Origin: Candidatus Coprovivens sp.
GTDB taxonomy: Bacteria; Bacillota_I; Bacilli_A; RF39; UBA660
Length of the DNA: 64,000 nucleotides
Assembly: GCA_051892935.1 (NCBI GenBank)
Contig: JBJFGS010000031.1
Location: 1 to 64,000, forward strand
Direction of reading: 5' to 3'
The position numbers were made by a program, and so were the translations under genes. Positions 1 to 10,789 of this stretch are shown piece after piece. Numbering within the stretch: position 1 is the stretch's first letter; the number at the start of each line of letters is the position of its first letter. Below the pieces are notes generated by a model. The model saw only the letters and a list, made by a program, of their open reading frames with translations. It was not told the origin of the DNA and made no database searches.

Positions 1-21
1 TGCAAAAATAGGTAGTCGCCA
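1..21 (+). rRNA. rrf: 3' end of a 5S rRNA gene (truncated by window edge)
   Basis: TGCAAAAATAGGTAGTCGCCA matches the 3' end of the complete 5S copy at 30930-30950 with 2 substitutions; followed by a T-run. Confidence 0.8.
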
Positions 22-528
22 ATTTTTTTTTGCTCTTTTTTTTTCGTGGAGGGACTTGATTTGAGTCTATTTTTTTTGACTTTTAATTCTTGTTTTATTA
101 AATGCTAAGAACTATCGTGAATTGGAAAACAAAAAAAGATGGAGAAGCTCTTAAATATAAGAATGTATTTTATTATGTTTTAGATGCTTTTTGTAAAGAA
201 GAATTAGGAAAAAAGCTATTGTTATGCATAGCTCGAGTTTACATTAATTCTATTTTTCTTTAAAAAAGCATATGTTTATATCATTACTATTAATAATAAA
301 TTGTAAGATAGTACTTCATATAATTTTAACATTGGATATTGTGATACTTATAATTAGAATATTAATGTATGTCAACTTTTGATGTTTACATTATTCTGAT
401 TTAACTTATAAAAATATGTATTCTTTTATGAAATATTGTAGTTCATATTTTATTATTTTGTGTAAAATCTTATATAATTGTTGAAATATTATTTCTATAA
501 TTGTTATAATTTATTTAGGTGATTAAAT

Positions 529-981
529 ATGAATTATAAATATACTTCAAGATCTGAAGATGACACTTTAGAAATAGCTGAAAATATCGAGAGTGAAAAA
601 TTTCCTGGAATGGTTATTTGTCTAGATGGAGAGCTTGGAAGTGGTAAAACAGTTTTTGTTAAAGGTTTTGCTAAAGCGTTAGGTATAAATGAAACTATTA
701 CTAGTCCTACTTTTAGTTTAGTAAAAGAATATCCGGATGGTGAGTTACCTTTATTTCATATGGATGTTTATAGATTAGATGATTCAAAAGAAGAATTTGG
801 TTTATCAGATTATTTAAACCAAGATGGTGTTTGTATTATTGAGTGGCCAGAGATGATAGAAGATCAATTACCTGAAGAAAGATTAGATATTAAAATTAAG
901 GTGATTGATGATGAGACTAGAGTTCTTATTTTTACTCCTTATGGCCAACAATATGAAGATTTATGTGAAGCTGTTTTATAA
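529..981 (+). CDS. tsaE: tRNA threonylcarbamoyladenosine biosynthesis ATPase TsaE
   Basis: GELGSGKT Walker A, ITSPTF, HMDVYRL, IEW motifs. Confidence 0.95.
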   Translation: MNYKYTSRSEDDTLEIAENIESEKFPGMVICLDGELGSGKTVFVKGFAKALGINETITSPTFSLVKEYPDGELPLFHMDVYRLDDSKEEFGLSDYLNQDGVCIIEWPEMIEDQLPEERLDIKIKVIDDETRVLIFTPYGQQYEDLCEAVL

Positions 982-1011
982 AACTCGAAAGAGTTTTTTC
1001 TTTTTCGTTAA

Positions 1012-1617
1012 ATGTGGTATAATATGGCACGTGAGGTGATAACTTTGTATACTTTATTTATAGATACACATGATAAAAATGTCTTAATTATTTTATTTAA
1101 AGATGGCAAAATTTTTAATATGGAGAATATACTTACGACTAACAAGCATAGTGAAGTTACTATGCCGACTATCGATAAAGTATTATCCAAATCAAATGTT
1201 GATATAAAAGAAATATCTAGTATTATTGTTGTTAATGGACCTGGTTCTTTTACTGGTGAACGTATTGCAGTTACTATTGCTAAGACTTTTGCTTATTGTT
1301 TGAATATTCCTATAAGAGTAATTGATGCTTTATCTATATTGGCCTTAAATGTTGATAGGGATATTAAAAATATTGCTTTAGAAGATCGAAATGGAGCTTT
1401 TATTGGAACTTTTGATAAAAATTGTAATATTATTAAACCTTTGCAATATTTGAGTAAATCACTTTATATATATTTTAAGGAAGAAAATGAAGTGATTGTA
1501 GATGTTGATATTAATTATGAAAAAGTTTATGATTATGTAATGAATATTGAACCTTTGAATCCTCATGAAGTTAAACCTTTATATGTAAAAGGAATTAGTG
1601 CTTTGAATGGTAAATAA
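1012..1617 (+). CDS. tsaB: tRNA t6A biosynthesis protein TsaB (true start probably slightly downstream)
   Basis: LFIDT, GPGSFTGxRI motif; operon context. Confidence 0.92.
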   Translation: MWYNMAREVITLYTLFIDTHDKNVLIILFKDGKIFNMENILTTNKHSEVTMPTIDKVLSKSNVDIKEISSIIVVNGPGSFTGERIAVTIAKTFAYCLNIPIRVIDALSILALNVDRDIKNIALEDRNGAFIGTFDKNCNIIKPLQYLSKSLYIYFKEENEVIVDVDINYEKVYDYVMNIEPLNPHEVKPLYVKGISALNGK

Positions 1618-2041
1618 GATTAAGATAGTTGATAATGATAGATTTAATGAATTGGGTTTATTAATTAATGATAATTTTTGTAAAGTTTATGAATTAAATT
1701 GTTTGTTAAATTCTCCTTATGATTATTTGTTTGGTTATTATGATGGTGATTTACTAGTAGGATTCATTCATGTTAATAAGCTTTATGAAAATATGGATAT
1801 TGTAAATGTTGTAGTTGATATTAATTATAGGAATAAAGGGATTGCTTCTCTATTAATTTCCTTTGTATGCGGTTATTTTGTTGATGTTCAAAATGTATTT
1901 TTAGAAGTTAATGAGAATAATAGTGTTGCAATATCTTTGTATAAAAAGAATAATTTTGAAGTTATAAATATAAGAAAAAGATATTATGGTAATGATGATG
2001 CCTTAATTATGAAAAGAGTTGTTGAAAATGAGAGATGTTAA
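1607..2041 (+). CDS. rimI: RimI-like GNAT N-acetyltransferase
   Basis: YRNKGIA acetyl-CoA motif, LEVNENN..A..LY, RKRYY..DA; lies between tsaB and tsaD. Confidence 0.85.
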   Translation: MVNKIKIVDNDRFNELGLLINDNFCKVYELNCLLNSPYDYLFGYYDGDLLVGFIHVNKLYENMDIVNVVVDINYRNKGIASLLISFVCGYFVDVQNVFLEVNENNSVAISLYKKNNFEVINIRKRYYGNDDALIMKRVVENERC

Positions 2042-3032
2042 TATTTTAGCTATTGAATCTTCATGTGATGAGACGAGCATGGCAATAGTAAGAAATGGTT
2101 GTGAATGTGTTCATTTAACTGTTTTAACACAAATGGATACTCATGCTGAATTTGGAGGAGTTGTTCCTGAAATTGCTTCTCGTATGCATGCGGAAAATGT
2201 AACTATGGTTTTAGAAGAAACATTGACTAAAGCTAATATGAGTATGGAAGATATTGATGCTATAGCTGTTACTTATGCCCCTGGATTATTAGGTAGTTTG
2301 CTTGTTGGTGTGGAATTTGCTAAAGCAATTTCCTATGTATATAAAAAACCATTGATTGCAGTTAATCATATAGCTGGACATATCTATGCTAATAATTTGG
2401 AAAAACCAATGTATTTTCCATTATTAGCTTTAGTTGTTAGTGGTGGTCATACTGATTTGATATTAATGACTGATGATTATAAGTTTGAACATATTGGTGG
2501 AACTCTTGATGATGCAATTGGAGAATGCTATGACAAGGTTGCTCGTGTTATTGGCTTAGGTTATCCTGGAGGTCCAAAAGTTGAAAAAGCTGCTTTAGAA
2601 GGAGAACATACTTATGATTTGCCTATTCCTATGAATGATGATTCCTTTAATATGAGTTTTAGTGGATTAAAGAGTAATATTATTAATCTTGTTCATAACG
2701 AGAAACAAAGAGGAAATGAGATTAGAAATAATGATTTAGCTAGAAGTTTTCAAGATGTTGCTGTTGATCAGTTATGTAGAAAATCTGAATTAGCTATTAG
2801 AAAATATAATATAAAGAATATGATTATAGCAGGTGGTGTATCTGCTAATAAATATTTAAGAGAAGAGCTAAAAAAAGTGGCAGATAAATATGATGTGGAT
2901 TTATCTGTTCCGAGAATGCTTTATTGTACTGATAATGCAGCTATGATTGGTGCTGCTGCTTATCCTCTGTATTTAAAGGGTAAATTTGCTGATTTGACTC
3001 TAAATGCTACAAGTAGTGATGAGCTTTATTAG
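2019..3032 (+). CDS. tsaD: tRNA N6-adenosine threonylcarbamoyltransferase TsaD
   Basis: ILAIESSCDETS, GGVVPEIASR, HIAGH, VSGGHT, CTDNAAMIG. Confidence 0.97.
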   Translation: MLKMRDVNILAIESSCDETSMAIVRNGCECVHLTVLTQMDTHAEFGGVVPEIASRMHAENVTMVLEETLTKANMSMEDIDAIAVTYAPGLLGSLLVGVEFAKAISYVYKKPLIAVNHIAGHIYANNLEKPMYFPLLALVVSGGHTDLILMTDDYKFEHIGGTLDDAIGECYDKVARVIGLGYPGGPKVEKAALEGEHTYDLPIPMNDDSFNMSFSGLKSNIINLVHNEKQRGNEIRNNDLARSFQDVAVDQLCRKSELAIRKYNIKNMIIAGGVSANKYLREELKKVADKYDVDLSVPRMLYCTDNAAMIGAAAYPLYLKGKFADLTLNATSSDELY

Positions 3033-3087
3033 TTTAATGAAATAAATAAATATGATATTATAATTATAATAAGAATCATATAAGAAG

Positions 3088-4044
3088 GTGCATAGAATGA
3101 AAAAGGTTTTAGTTACTGGTGCTGGTGGTACTGTAGGTTTACAGGTTATTAGATTTTTATTGAGTGAAGGAAAATATGAAATTACTGCTTTGGATTTAAA
3201 AATCAAACAAGTTTATAGAAGGTTGAAACCATTTAGAAAAAGAATAAACATTGTTTATGGTGATGTTACTGATGAAGCGCTTATTGATGCTTTAGTAAAA
3301 GACCATGATGTTGTTATTCATTTGGCTGGAGTTTTACCTCCACTAGCTAATGTTCGTGATGATTTGTGTAAGGAAATAGATTTTAATGGAACTAAGGCTA
3401 TTGTTGATTCAATAAAGAATTATAATCCTGAATGTTATTTGTTATATTCTTCTAGCACATCTGTTTATGGAATACAAGAAGATTATAAAAATATATCTAT
3501 TAAAACGGATTGCATTGTTGATGATTATGATTATTATTCTAAATACAAATTAAAATGTGAGAAATATATAAAAAGTAATCTTAAAAATTTTTCTATTTTA
3601 AGATTAGCATATATATTGGGGGATCCTGGACCTGAGGGTTTAATATATAATGTTCCTTTAAATTGTAATATGGAAGTTCTATCTTCAGAGGATGCTGGTT
3701 ATGCATTTGTTTGTGCTATTGACTATAAAAGAAAACTAAATAAAAAAACTTTTAATGTATCAGGTGGAGAAAAATTTAGAACTACTTATAGAGATTACTT
3801 GGTACAAGTTTTTAGTACTTATGGCTTATCTTTAGGTTTTATTGCTTCTTGGTTAATGGCTGAAAAGAATTATTGTGGTGGTTATTATACTGATGGGGAT
3901 GAATTAGATAACATATTACATTATAGAAGTAAGAATTTAGATGTTTATTATAATACTTTGTTGAAGTATAGATATAAATTAAGTAGATTTTTACCTAGAT
4001 TATTGGCTAAGCCATTTGTATTAAAATATACTAAAAAGAAATAG
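3088..4044 (+). CDS. NAD-dependent epimerase/dehydratase (extended SDR)
   Basis: VTGAGGTVG Rossmann motif, HLAG, YSKYK (YxxxK). Confidence 0.85.
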   Translation: MHRMKKVLVTGAGGTVGLQVIRFLLSEGKYEITALDLKIKQVYRRLKPFRKRINIVYGDVTDEALIDALVKDHDVVIHLAGVLPPLANVRDDLCKEIDFNGTKAIVDSIKNYNPECYLLYSSSTSVYGIQEDYKNISIKTDCIVDDYDYYSKYKLKCEKYIKSNLKNFSILRLAYILGDPGPEGLIYNVPLNCNMEVLSSEDAGYAFVCAIDYKRKLNKKTFNVSGGEKFRTTYRDYLVQVFSTYGLSLGFIASWLMAEKNYCGGYYTDGDELDNILHYRSKNLDVYYNTLLKYRYKLSRFLPRLLAKPFVLKYTKKK

Positions 4045-4118
4045 TTTAATTAATGTTTTAGTAGTAATCTTATAAACAATTTTGTATAATATAAAAGATT
4101 TTTAGAAGAGGTGTTATT

Positions 4119-4841
4119 ATGGGAAGAGCTTATGCTGTTAGAGAAGCTAAGATTAAAAAAACAGGAGCTGCTAAAGGAAAGCTATATACTAACTTTGCGA
4201 AAGAAATATATTTAGCAGCTAAAAGAGGAGTTCCTGAAATAGAAGCTAATAGCGCTTTAAAGCATATTGTTGAAAAAGCAAAGAAAATGCAAGTACCAGC
4301 TGATATTATTAATAGAGCTTTGGATAAAGCTAAAGGTGCTGGAAAAGATGAATATGAGGAAATTATTTATGAAGGTTTTGGACCTGGAGCTTCAACATTT
4401 ATGATAAAAACATTAACAGATAATGTTAATAGAACTGTTGGTGAAGTAAGAGCTGCATTTAATAAATTAAATAAAAGTTTAGGAGTTTCAAATTCTGTTT
4501 CATATAATTATGATAATTTATGTGTGTTAAGCTTTAAATCCGAAAAAGAAGAAGAATTATTAATGGCTCTATTAGATGCTGGTATTGAACCTGTTGAATT
4601 TGAAAATGAAGATGGTTTTATTAATGTTGAAGTTAAGTATATTGATAATATTAAAACACGTGATGTTATTGAAAGTATTGAACCTAATGTTGACTATGAA
4701 GTAGATGAAAGTGGTTGGTATGCAAAAGATTTAGTGAAACTTGAAGGTGAGGATTTAGAACTATTTAATAGATTATATGGATTACTTGATGATATTGAAG
4801 ATGTAACTGATATATATCATAATGTTGATTTAGGAGAATAG
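4119..4841 (+). CDS. yebC: YebC/PmpR family protein
   Basis: MGRA, YEGFGP, TDNVNRT, DDIEDVTDIYHN. Confidence 0.93.
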   Translation: MGRAYAVREAKIKKTGAAKGKLYTNFAKEIYLAAKRGVPEIEANSALKHIVEKAKKMQVPADIINRALDKAKGAGKDEYEEIIYEGFGPGASTFMIKTLTDNVNRTVGEVRAAFNKLNKSLGVSNSVSYNYDNLCVLSFKSEKEEELLMALLDAGIEPVEFENEDGFINVEVKYIDNIKTRDVIESIEPNVDYEVDESGWYAKDLVKLEGEDLELFNRLYGLLDDIEDVTDIYHNVDLGE

Positions 4842-4882
4842 ACATTATTTATAATGTCTTTTTTATTATTTTTAATAATTTG

Positions 4883-4915
4883 TTTTTCACTCTTTTTTCA
4901 CAATTATGTTATAGT
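4883..4915 (+). promoter_or_regulatory. Putative OmpR-family direct-repeat box and extended -10 upstream of the response regulator
   Basis: TTTTTCAC at 4883 and 4894 (11-bp period) followed by TGnTATAGT. Confidence 0.5.
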
Positions 4916-4929
4916 ATATTCGTATTGAG

Positions 4930-5604
4930 GTGAGATATATGAAGATATTGGTTGTAGATGATGAAGAACTAATAAGAAATGTTATTCGTGAATATTTATT
5001 AATTGAAGGATATGATGTTGATGAAGCTATAGATGGTGATGATGCTATAGATAAATGTAGATATAACGATTATTCTTTAATTATTATGGATATTATGATG
5101 CCTCATAAAGATGGATATCAAGCTTGTAAAGAAATTAAACAGATGAAAGATATACCATTTATAATGTTGTCTGCGCGAAGTGAAGAATATGATAAATTAG
5201 TTGGATTTGAATTAGGTATTGATGATTATGTTACAAAACCTTTTAGCCCTAAGGAATTAATGGCTAGGGTAAAAGCTATTTTAAAAAGGACAACTCAAGA
5301 AAGTGATGTATATCAGTTTGAAAATTTAGTAATAGATGATAAAGCTCATGAAGTAGAAGTTGATGGAGAAAGTGTATATTTGACTCCTAAGGAATATGAT
5401 TTATTAAAGTATTTTGTTTCTAATATTAATATTGCTTTATCAAGAGAACAATTACTAACTAATGTTTGGGGATATGATTTTTATGGTGATGATAGAACTA
5501 TTGATACTCATGTAAAGACATTAAGAAAAAATTTAGGTAAATATGGAGAATGTATAAAAACAGTTCGTGGAGTTGGTTATAAATTTGAAAGCAATGAAAA
5601 ATAA
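4930..5604 (+). CDS. OmpR/PhoB family response regulator
   Basis: VVDDE, DIMMP, KPFS, winged-helix C-terminus (RTIDTHVKTLRK, TVRGVGYKF). Confidence 0.95.
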   Translation: MRYMKILVVDDEELIRNVIREYLLIEGYDVDEAIDGDDAIDKCRYNDYSLIIMDIMMPHKDGYQACKEIKQMKDIPFIMLSARSEEYDKLVGFELGIDDYVTKPFSPKELMARVKAILKRTTQESDVYQFENLVIDDKAHEVEVDGESVYLTPKEYDLLKYFVSNINIALSREQLLTNVWGYDFYGDDRTIDTHVKTLRKNLGKYGECIKTVRGVGYKFESNEK

Positions 5605-6997
5605 AATTAATACTATTAGAGTAAAAACATTATTTTACTTGATAATGTTTTCAATATTTATTTTGCTAGTTTTGTGGGGAACACAATTATTATTATCTAA
5701 TTTTTTATACGAAAAATATCAGATTAGTGATATAAAAAGTATTGCTGATGTTATTAGTGATACAGATGATGATGATTTGGATGAATATTTAACCGAAGTT
5801 GTCTATAATAATGCGGTTTGTATTGAATATATAGATCAGTATGGAAGAGTTACTTTATATAATGATGCTTCTACTGGGTGTTTATTGGGTAAAGATAATA
5901 AATCGTTAATGAAATATAAACAAGAATTAATTAGTAGTGGAGAAGAAATTAATGCTATAAAATTAGTAAATCCTGATTACAATTCTTCTGCTTTATTATA
6001 TGGTGTTGAAGTTGATGCTAATGGTTATGTATTTATTTATACTATGTTATCTAATGTTAATAAAAATTATAATTTAGTAAAAAGTCAATTAATATATATT
6101 ACCATTGTTGTTATAATTTTAGCTGTTGTAATAAGCTTGTATTTGGCTAAATTATTTAGCGAACCTATAGTTAAAATTACTGAGAAGTCTAAAGAATTAG
6201 CAAGAGGAAATTTTAATGTTGAATTTGAAGAAAGTGATATAAAAGAAATAAATGAATTATCAGAGTCATTAAATTATATGAAAAATGAAATTAGTAAAAC
6301 TGATCAATATAGAAGAGATTTGATGGCAAATGTTTCTCATGATTTAAAGACACCTCTTACAATGATTAAAGCTTATGCTGAAATGGTAAGAGATATTACC
6401 TATAAAAATAAGAAAAAAAGAGAAGAAAATTTAAATGTTATTATTGAAGAAACCGATAGATTGAACTTATTAGTTGGAGATATTCTAGCTTTGTCTAAAT
6501 TACAAGCTAATTCTGATAGTTTAGATTTAGAAGTATTTGATTTAAAAAAAGAAATTGATAGTATTCTTAGAAGATATGATTATTTAAAAGAAACAGAAGG
6601 TTATGTTATTAGTTTTGAAAGCCCAAATGAGGTTATAATAAAAGCTGATAGGAATAAACTAAATCAAGTTATTTATAATTTAGTCAATAATGCTCTTAAT
6701 TATACTGGAAAAGATAAAAATGTTTTAATTAAAATTACGGAAGAAAAAAAAGAGTATTTAGTGGAAATTGTTGATACTGGTAAGGGGATAGACAAAAAAG
6801 ATATAGATTATATTTGGGATAAGTATTATAAAAATGAAAATAATCATAAAAGAAATGTAGTAGGAACTGGTCTTGGATTATCTATTGTAAAGGAAATATT
6901 AGTAAAACATAATTTTATTTATGGTGTTAATAGTGAAAAGAATAAAGGGACTACTTTCTATTTTAAAATTAATAAAGATAATAAACATAATTCTTAA
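5567..6997 (+). CDS. HAMP-domain sensor histidine kinase
   Basis: Two TM segments, SHDLKTPL H-box, NLVNNA, DTGKGI, GTGLGL. Confidence 0.95.
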   Translation: MELVINLKAMKNKINTIRVKTLFYLIMFSIFILLVLWGTQLLLSNFLYEKYQISDIKSIADVISDTDDDDLDEYLTEVVYNNAVCIEYIDQYGRVTLYNDASTGCLLGKDNKSLMKYKQELISSGEEINAIKLVNPDYNSSALLYGVEVDANGYVFIYTMLSNVNKNYNLVKSQLIYITIVVIILAVVISLYLAKLFSEPIVKITEKSKELARGNFNVEFEESDIKEINELSESLNYMKNEISKTDQYRRDLMANVSHDLKTPLTMIKAYAEMVRDITYKNKKKREENLNVIIEETDRLNLLVGDILALSKLQANSDSLDLEVFDLKKEIDSILRRYDYLKETEGYVISFESPNEVIIKADRNKLNQVIYNLVNNALNYTGKDKNVLIKITEEKKEYLVEIVDTGKGIDKKDIDYIWDKYYKNENNHKRNVVGTGLGLSIVKEILVKHNFIYGVNSEKNKGTTFYFKINKDNKHNS

Positions 6998-7281
6998 TAA
7001 TTCTTTCACTAAATTATCACTATAATTTCATAATTATAAAGTATTATTTAATTATGAAAGGGATGAATATAGAAAAAAATAAAAAAAAGGTTTTATTAGA
7101 TTAAAGATGAAATAATAAATTTAATTATATATAATATAAACCCTATACAATTAAAATAACATATAAACTCAAACTCACACTTTTTGGAAAAAGACTTTTA
7201 AAGTCTTTTTCTTTTTAATTGATGTATTGATTTTTTTGAAATATTGTTATATCCTTAATATATGAAAGATGAGGTATTTGT

Positions 7282-7980
7282 ATGAATAATCAGAATAATG
7301 AGCAAACAGGGGATTTAAACGTACAAAACTTAAATAAAGGAGTAAATTATATGGAAAAAAATGAAGTTTCAAATGTTGAAACAGAAAATGCTTCAGCAGC
7401 TAATCAACCAGTTGTAAATACTGAAGCTGTTAAAGCAAAAGCAAATCAAGCAGCTGGAAAGTTAAATGAAGTTGCAGGAAAAGCTAAAGGTTTGTGTGGA
7501 AATCTTGTTCAAAAGATTAAAACCGATAAAAAATATATGATAGGTGCTATAGTTGTAGTTGTATTGGTTTTAATATTACTATTTGGTAAAATGTTTCAAC
7601 CAGGATATGGTGTAGTTAATTCTTATATGAATGGTATGAAAAAATTTGATGCAGAAAAAATTGTAAAATTATATCATAAAGATATGTATGACGATAAAGA
7701 TGACGAGATTGATGATTTAGAAGATTCTTTTGATGAATTGAAGGATGAAGATTTTAAAATTGTTGGATTTAAAATTCGTGAATGTGATAAGTATAGTAAA
7801 GATGAATTAGAAGATCTTGCTGAACGATTAGAAACTTATTATGATATAGATGAAGATGATGTTCAAGCTGCAAGAACATACTATGTAAGATATAACTATG
7901 ATGAAGATGGAGATAAAGGATTAGCTTATAAATCTGTTACAGTTGTAAAAATAAAAGGAAAATGGTATTTATATAACTAG
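7282..7980 (+). CDS. Single-TM membrane protein with acidic extracellular domain (paralog of next gene)
   Basis: One TM helix; C-terminal VVKIKGKWY. Confidence 0.7.
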   Translation: MNNQNNEQTGDLNVQNLNKGVNYMEKNEVSNVETENASAANQPVVNTEAVKAKANQAAGKLNEVAGKAKGLCGNLVQKIKTDKKYMIGAIVVVVLVLILLFGKMFQPGYGVVNSYMNGMKKFDAEKIVKLYHKDMYDDKDDEIDDLEDSFDELKDEDFKIVGFKIRECDKYSKDELEDLAERLETYYDIDEDDVQAARTYYVRYNYDEDGDKGLAYKSVTVVKIKGKWYLYN

Positions 7981-8044
7981 TAATTAAAAAATAGAAATGA
8001 TGTATTCATTTCTTTTTTTATATGTTATAATATTTTTATAATTA

Positions 8045-8749
8045 GTGAGGAGTATTTATATGGTAAAAAAGAATGAAGAAAAAATTGAAGATGTAAAGAC
8101 AGAGAAAGTAGAAGTTGAAAATAAAAAAGAAGATGTAAAAGTCGAAAAAAATAATGATAGTGTTAATGGTCAAGCATCTAATGTGATTAGCGTTATTAAA
8201 GAAAAAGCAATTTTAGCATTTAATAAAATAAAAGAAGCATTTAATTATTATAAAAATAATATTATGACTGATAAAAGATTAATTATTGGTACGGTTGCTT
8301 TTGTAGCTGTTATTGTTTTATTAGTAATTTTATTATTCGTTAATCCTTCTAAATCTGTTGCAAAACAATATGCTGATGCTATGGTTGAATATGATGCTAA
8401 AGCAATAGTAAATATTACACATAAGGATGTAATAGATTATTTTGAAGATTTTTATGGTGATGATTATAAAGACTATTTAAAAGATTATTTTGATCAATTA
8501 GAAGATTCAAAATATAAATATAGAGAATATGAATTAAGTGATGATTATAAAAAATATGATAAAGATGATGTTGAAGATTTTGCTGAAGATTGGGATGATT
8601 TATATGGATTAGATGAAAAGTCTGTATCAGCAGTTAGACGTTATACTATAAAGTTCAAAGTTAGCAATGATGGTAAAAGAGATACTATTAAAGTCAAAGT
8701 ATTAGTTGCTAAAATTGATGGCAAATGGTATTTCATGGGTGAAGAATAA
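8045..8749 (+). CDS. Single-TM membrane protein, tandem paralog of 7282..7980
   Basis: Shared motifs DA.KIV..HKD, KY.KD..ED.AE, VAKIDGKWY. Confidence 0.7.
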   Translation: MRSIYMVKKNEEKIEDVKTEKVEVENKKEDVKVEKNNDSVNGQASNVISVIKEKAILAFNKIKEAFNYYKNNIMTDKRLIIGTVAFVAVIVLLVILLFVNPSKSVAKQYADAMVEYDAKAIVNITHKDVIDYFEDFYGDDYKDYLKDYFDQLEDSKYKYREYELSDDYKKYDKDDVEDFAEDWDDLYGLDEKSVSAVRRYTIKFKVSNDGKRDTIKVKVLVAKIDGKWYFMGEE

Positions 8750-8817
8750 TTATATTAAAAGAATGGATTTATTCCATTCTTTTTTTATGATATAATTTAT
8801 TAGGGAGAATTAAGAAA

Positions 8818-9345
8818 ATGGAAAATTTTTTACATTTATTACTATTTGTCTTAGTTATTTGGTTGATAGTATATATTTTTTTAGAATATAGTATTATTAA
8901 TAATAAAAGAAAAAAAGTTAAAAAAGTGTTTTTAGAGATGGATACTCTTTTTATTAAAAGATTAAATTTATTATCTAAAATGATTGATATTATAAAGATA
9001 TATGATAAGAATCAATTTAATGAATTGAGTAGCAATTTATATGATTATATAAATAATTATGATGATTATGATTATAATAAAAGATTATTAATAAATGAAG
9101 AGTTAGTTATAGAAATAAGAAAAGTCCTACTTGTAAGAAAAGTTTATTATGAACTTAATAATAATATTAAATATGTTAAATTGGAAAAACAACTAGTAAG
9201 AGTTAATACTGTTATTAATAAAAAGCAGGATAAATATAATAAATATTTAAAAGAATATATAAATAGAATGATGATTTTCCCTAGTGGATTAATTTGTATT
9301 ATATGTAGATTTTATTCATATAATTACTTTAACTTAAAGATATAG
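8818..9345 (+). CDS. LemA-like membrane protein
   Basis: N-terminal TM, KR.NL, YN..Y....FPS pattern. Confidence 0.6.
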   Translation: MENFLHLLLFVLVIWLIVYIFLEYSIINNKRKKVKKVFLEMDTLFIKRLNLLSKMIDIIKIYDKNQFNELSSNLYDYINNYDDYDYNKRLLINEELVIEIRKVLLVRKVYYELNNNIKYVKLEKQLVRVNTVINKKQDKYNKYLKEYINRMMIFPSGLICIICRFYSYNYFNLKI

Positions 9346-9360
9346 AAAAAGGATGATTTA

Positions 9361-9828
9361 ATGATTACTAAGTTTTTGATTGTTTTTTTTGTTTCAATGG
9401 TTCCTCTTATTGAACTTAGAGGAGCTATACCTATTGCGATAGGACTTGGTTTGCCTAAGTTGCTATCGTTTGTCATTGCAATAGTTGGCAATATGCTACC
9501 TGTTCCTGTTATTTATTTGTTTTCAAGGAAAGTTTTAGAATGGGGGAAGGATAAACCTTATATAGGAAAGTTCTTTACTTGGTGTTTATTAAAGGGTGAG
9601 CGTGGAGGCAATAAGTTACAAGCTAAAGCTGGAAAAGGTTTATATTGGGCTCTATTTTTGTTTGTAGGTATACCTGTTCCTGGAACTGGAGCTTGGACCG
9701 GAACACTTGCTGCTAGTATTTTAGATTTAGATTTTAAAAAAACTATTCTTGCGGTTATAGGTGGTGTTTTATTGGCAGGATTAATTATGTTAATTGGTTC
9801 AATAGGAGTATTTGAGGTGATTTTTTAA
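9361..9828 (+). CDS. Small multidrug export family protein (COG2426)
   Basis: PLIELRGAIP, FVGIPVPGTGAWTG. Confidence 0.9.
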   Translation: MITKFLIVFFVSMVPLIELRGAIPIAIGLGLPKLLSFVIAIVGNMLPVPVIYLFSRKVLEWGKDKPYIGKFFTWCLLKGERGGNKLQAKAGKGLYWALFLFVGIPVPGTGAWTGTLAASILDLDFKKTILAVIGGVLLAGLIMLIGSIGVFEVIF

Positions 9829-10466
9829 TGGAAACAGTAGTTTACTTAATAAGACATTCTGAAGTTGCACCTAAGAGTAATTTAAAATATATAAGTAATA
9901 ATGATTCTTTGCAAATTCAAAATGAGAAAGCATTTTTATCTGTTAGTGGTGAAAAGAAAGCAGAATTGCTAAGTAAACATCCTGAATTACAAAAAATAGA
10001 TGCTGTATATAGTTCTAGTTATGTAAGGGCTTTGGAAACGGCGAAGTATATTGCATTAGAAAATAATACAATAATAAATGTAGATGAACGACTTAATGAG
10101 CGCAAAATAGGTAAAGCAGGAGATATGGATTGGAATGAGTTTAATAGATTACAGATGAGAGATTTTGATTTTAAGTTAGAGTCAGGTGAATCATTGAATC
10201 AAACTAAAAAGCGTATTGTTGAAGCAATGAAAAATATTTTAATGTTTGAAACTGGTAATAGAGTTGCTGTTGTAAGCCATAGTACGGCTCTTACTTGTTT
10301 ATTAGGTGCTTGGTGTGAAATTGGGCATAATTATAATGATGAAATAATACTGAGTTATGGTGATGAAACAATTATAGATGGTCATTTTAGTGCACCTATG
10401 GTTTTTAAGGTTGTTTTTGATGGTATGAATGTTATTTCTTTAGAATATTTGAATATAGTGGAGTGA
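9828..10466 (+). CDS. Histidine phosphatase (phosphoglycerate mutase-like)
   Basis: LIRHS, SS..RA.ETA, LNER, GES, VVSH. Confidence 0.88.
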   Translation: METVVYLIRHSEVAPKSNLKYISNNDSLQIQNEKAFLSVSGEKKAELLSKHPELQKIDAVYSSSYVRALETAKYIALENNTIINVDERLNERKIGKAGDMDWNEFNRLQMRDFDFKLESGESLNQTKKRIVEAMKNILMFETGNRVAVVSHSTALTCLLGAWCEIGHNYNDEIILSYGDETIIDGHFSAPMVFKVVFDGMNVISLEYLNIVE

Positions 10467-10470
10467 TAAT

Positions 10471-10722
10471 ATGGGATTATTTTCTAAAATAGTAAATAAA
10501 AATAATGATGAATTAAGTGGTGGTATTGAAAATGTTGAGGTTCCATCTATAGTAATTGATCAAAATAATGTACTTGAAAAAATGCAAAATGACTTTGTAG
10601 AAGAAATTAATGAACAAGATAATAATTCTTTAGGAGATGATCCTACTTCTATATTTAATGGAAATGTTTCTTTGAATGAGGATAATCCTATGGCGATTTT
10701 TGGCGTAGATAATAAGGAATAA
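10471..10722 (+). CDS. Hypothetical acidic protein
   Basis: ORF with RBS at the end of the operon. Confidence 0.55.
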   Translation: MGLFSKIVNKNNDELSGGIENVEVPSIVIDQNNVLEKMQNDFVEEINEQDNNSLGDDPTSIFNGNVSLNEDNPMAIFGVDNKE

Positions 10723-10789
10723 ATGTAAAAAATACACTAACTCAATTAGTGTATTTTTTTAAAAAACATTTTTATTGTATCTTGATAAA

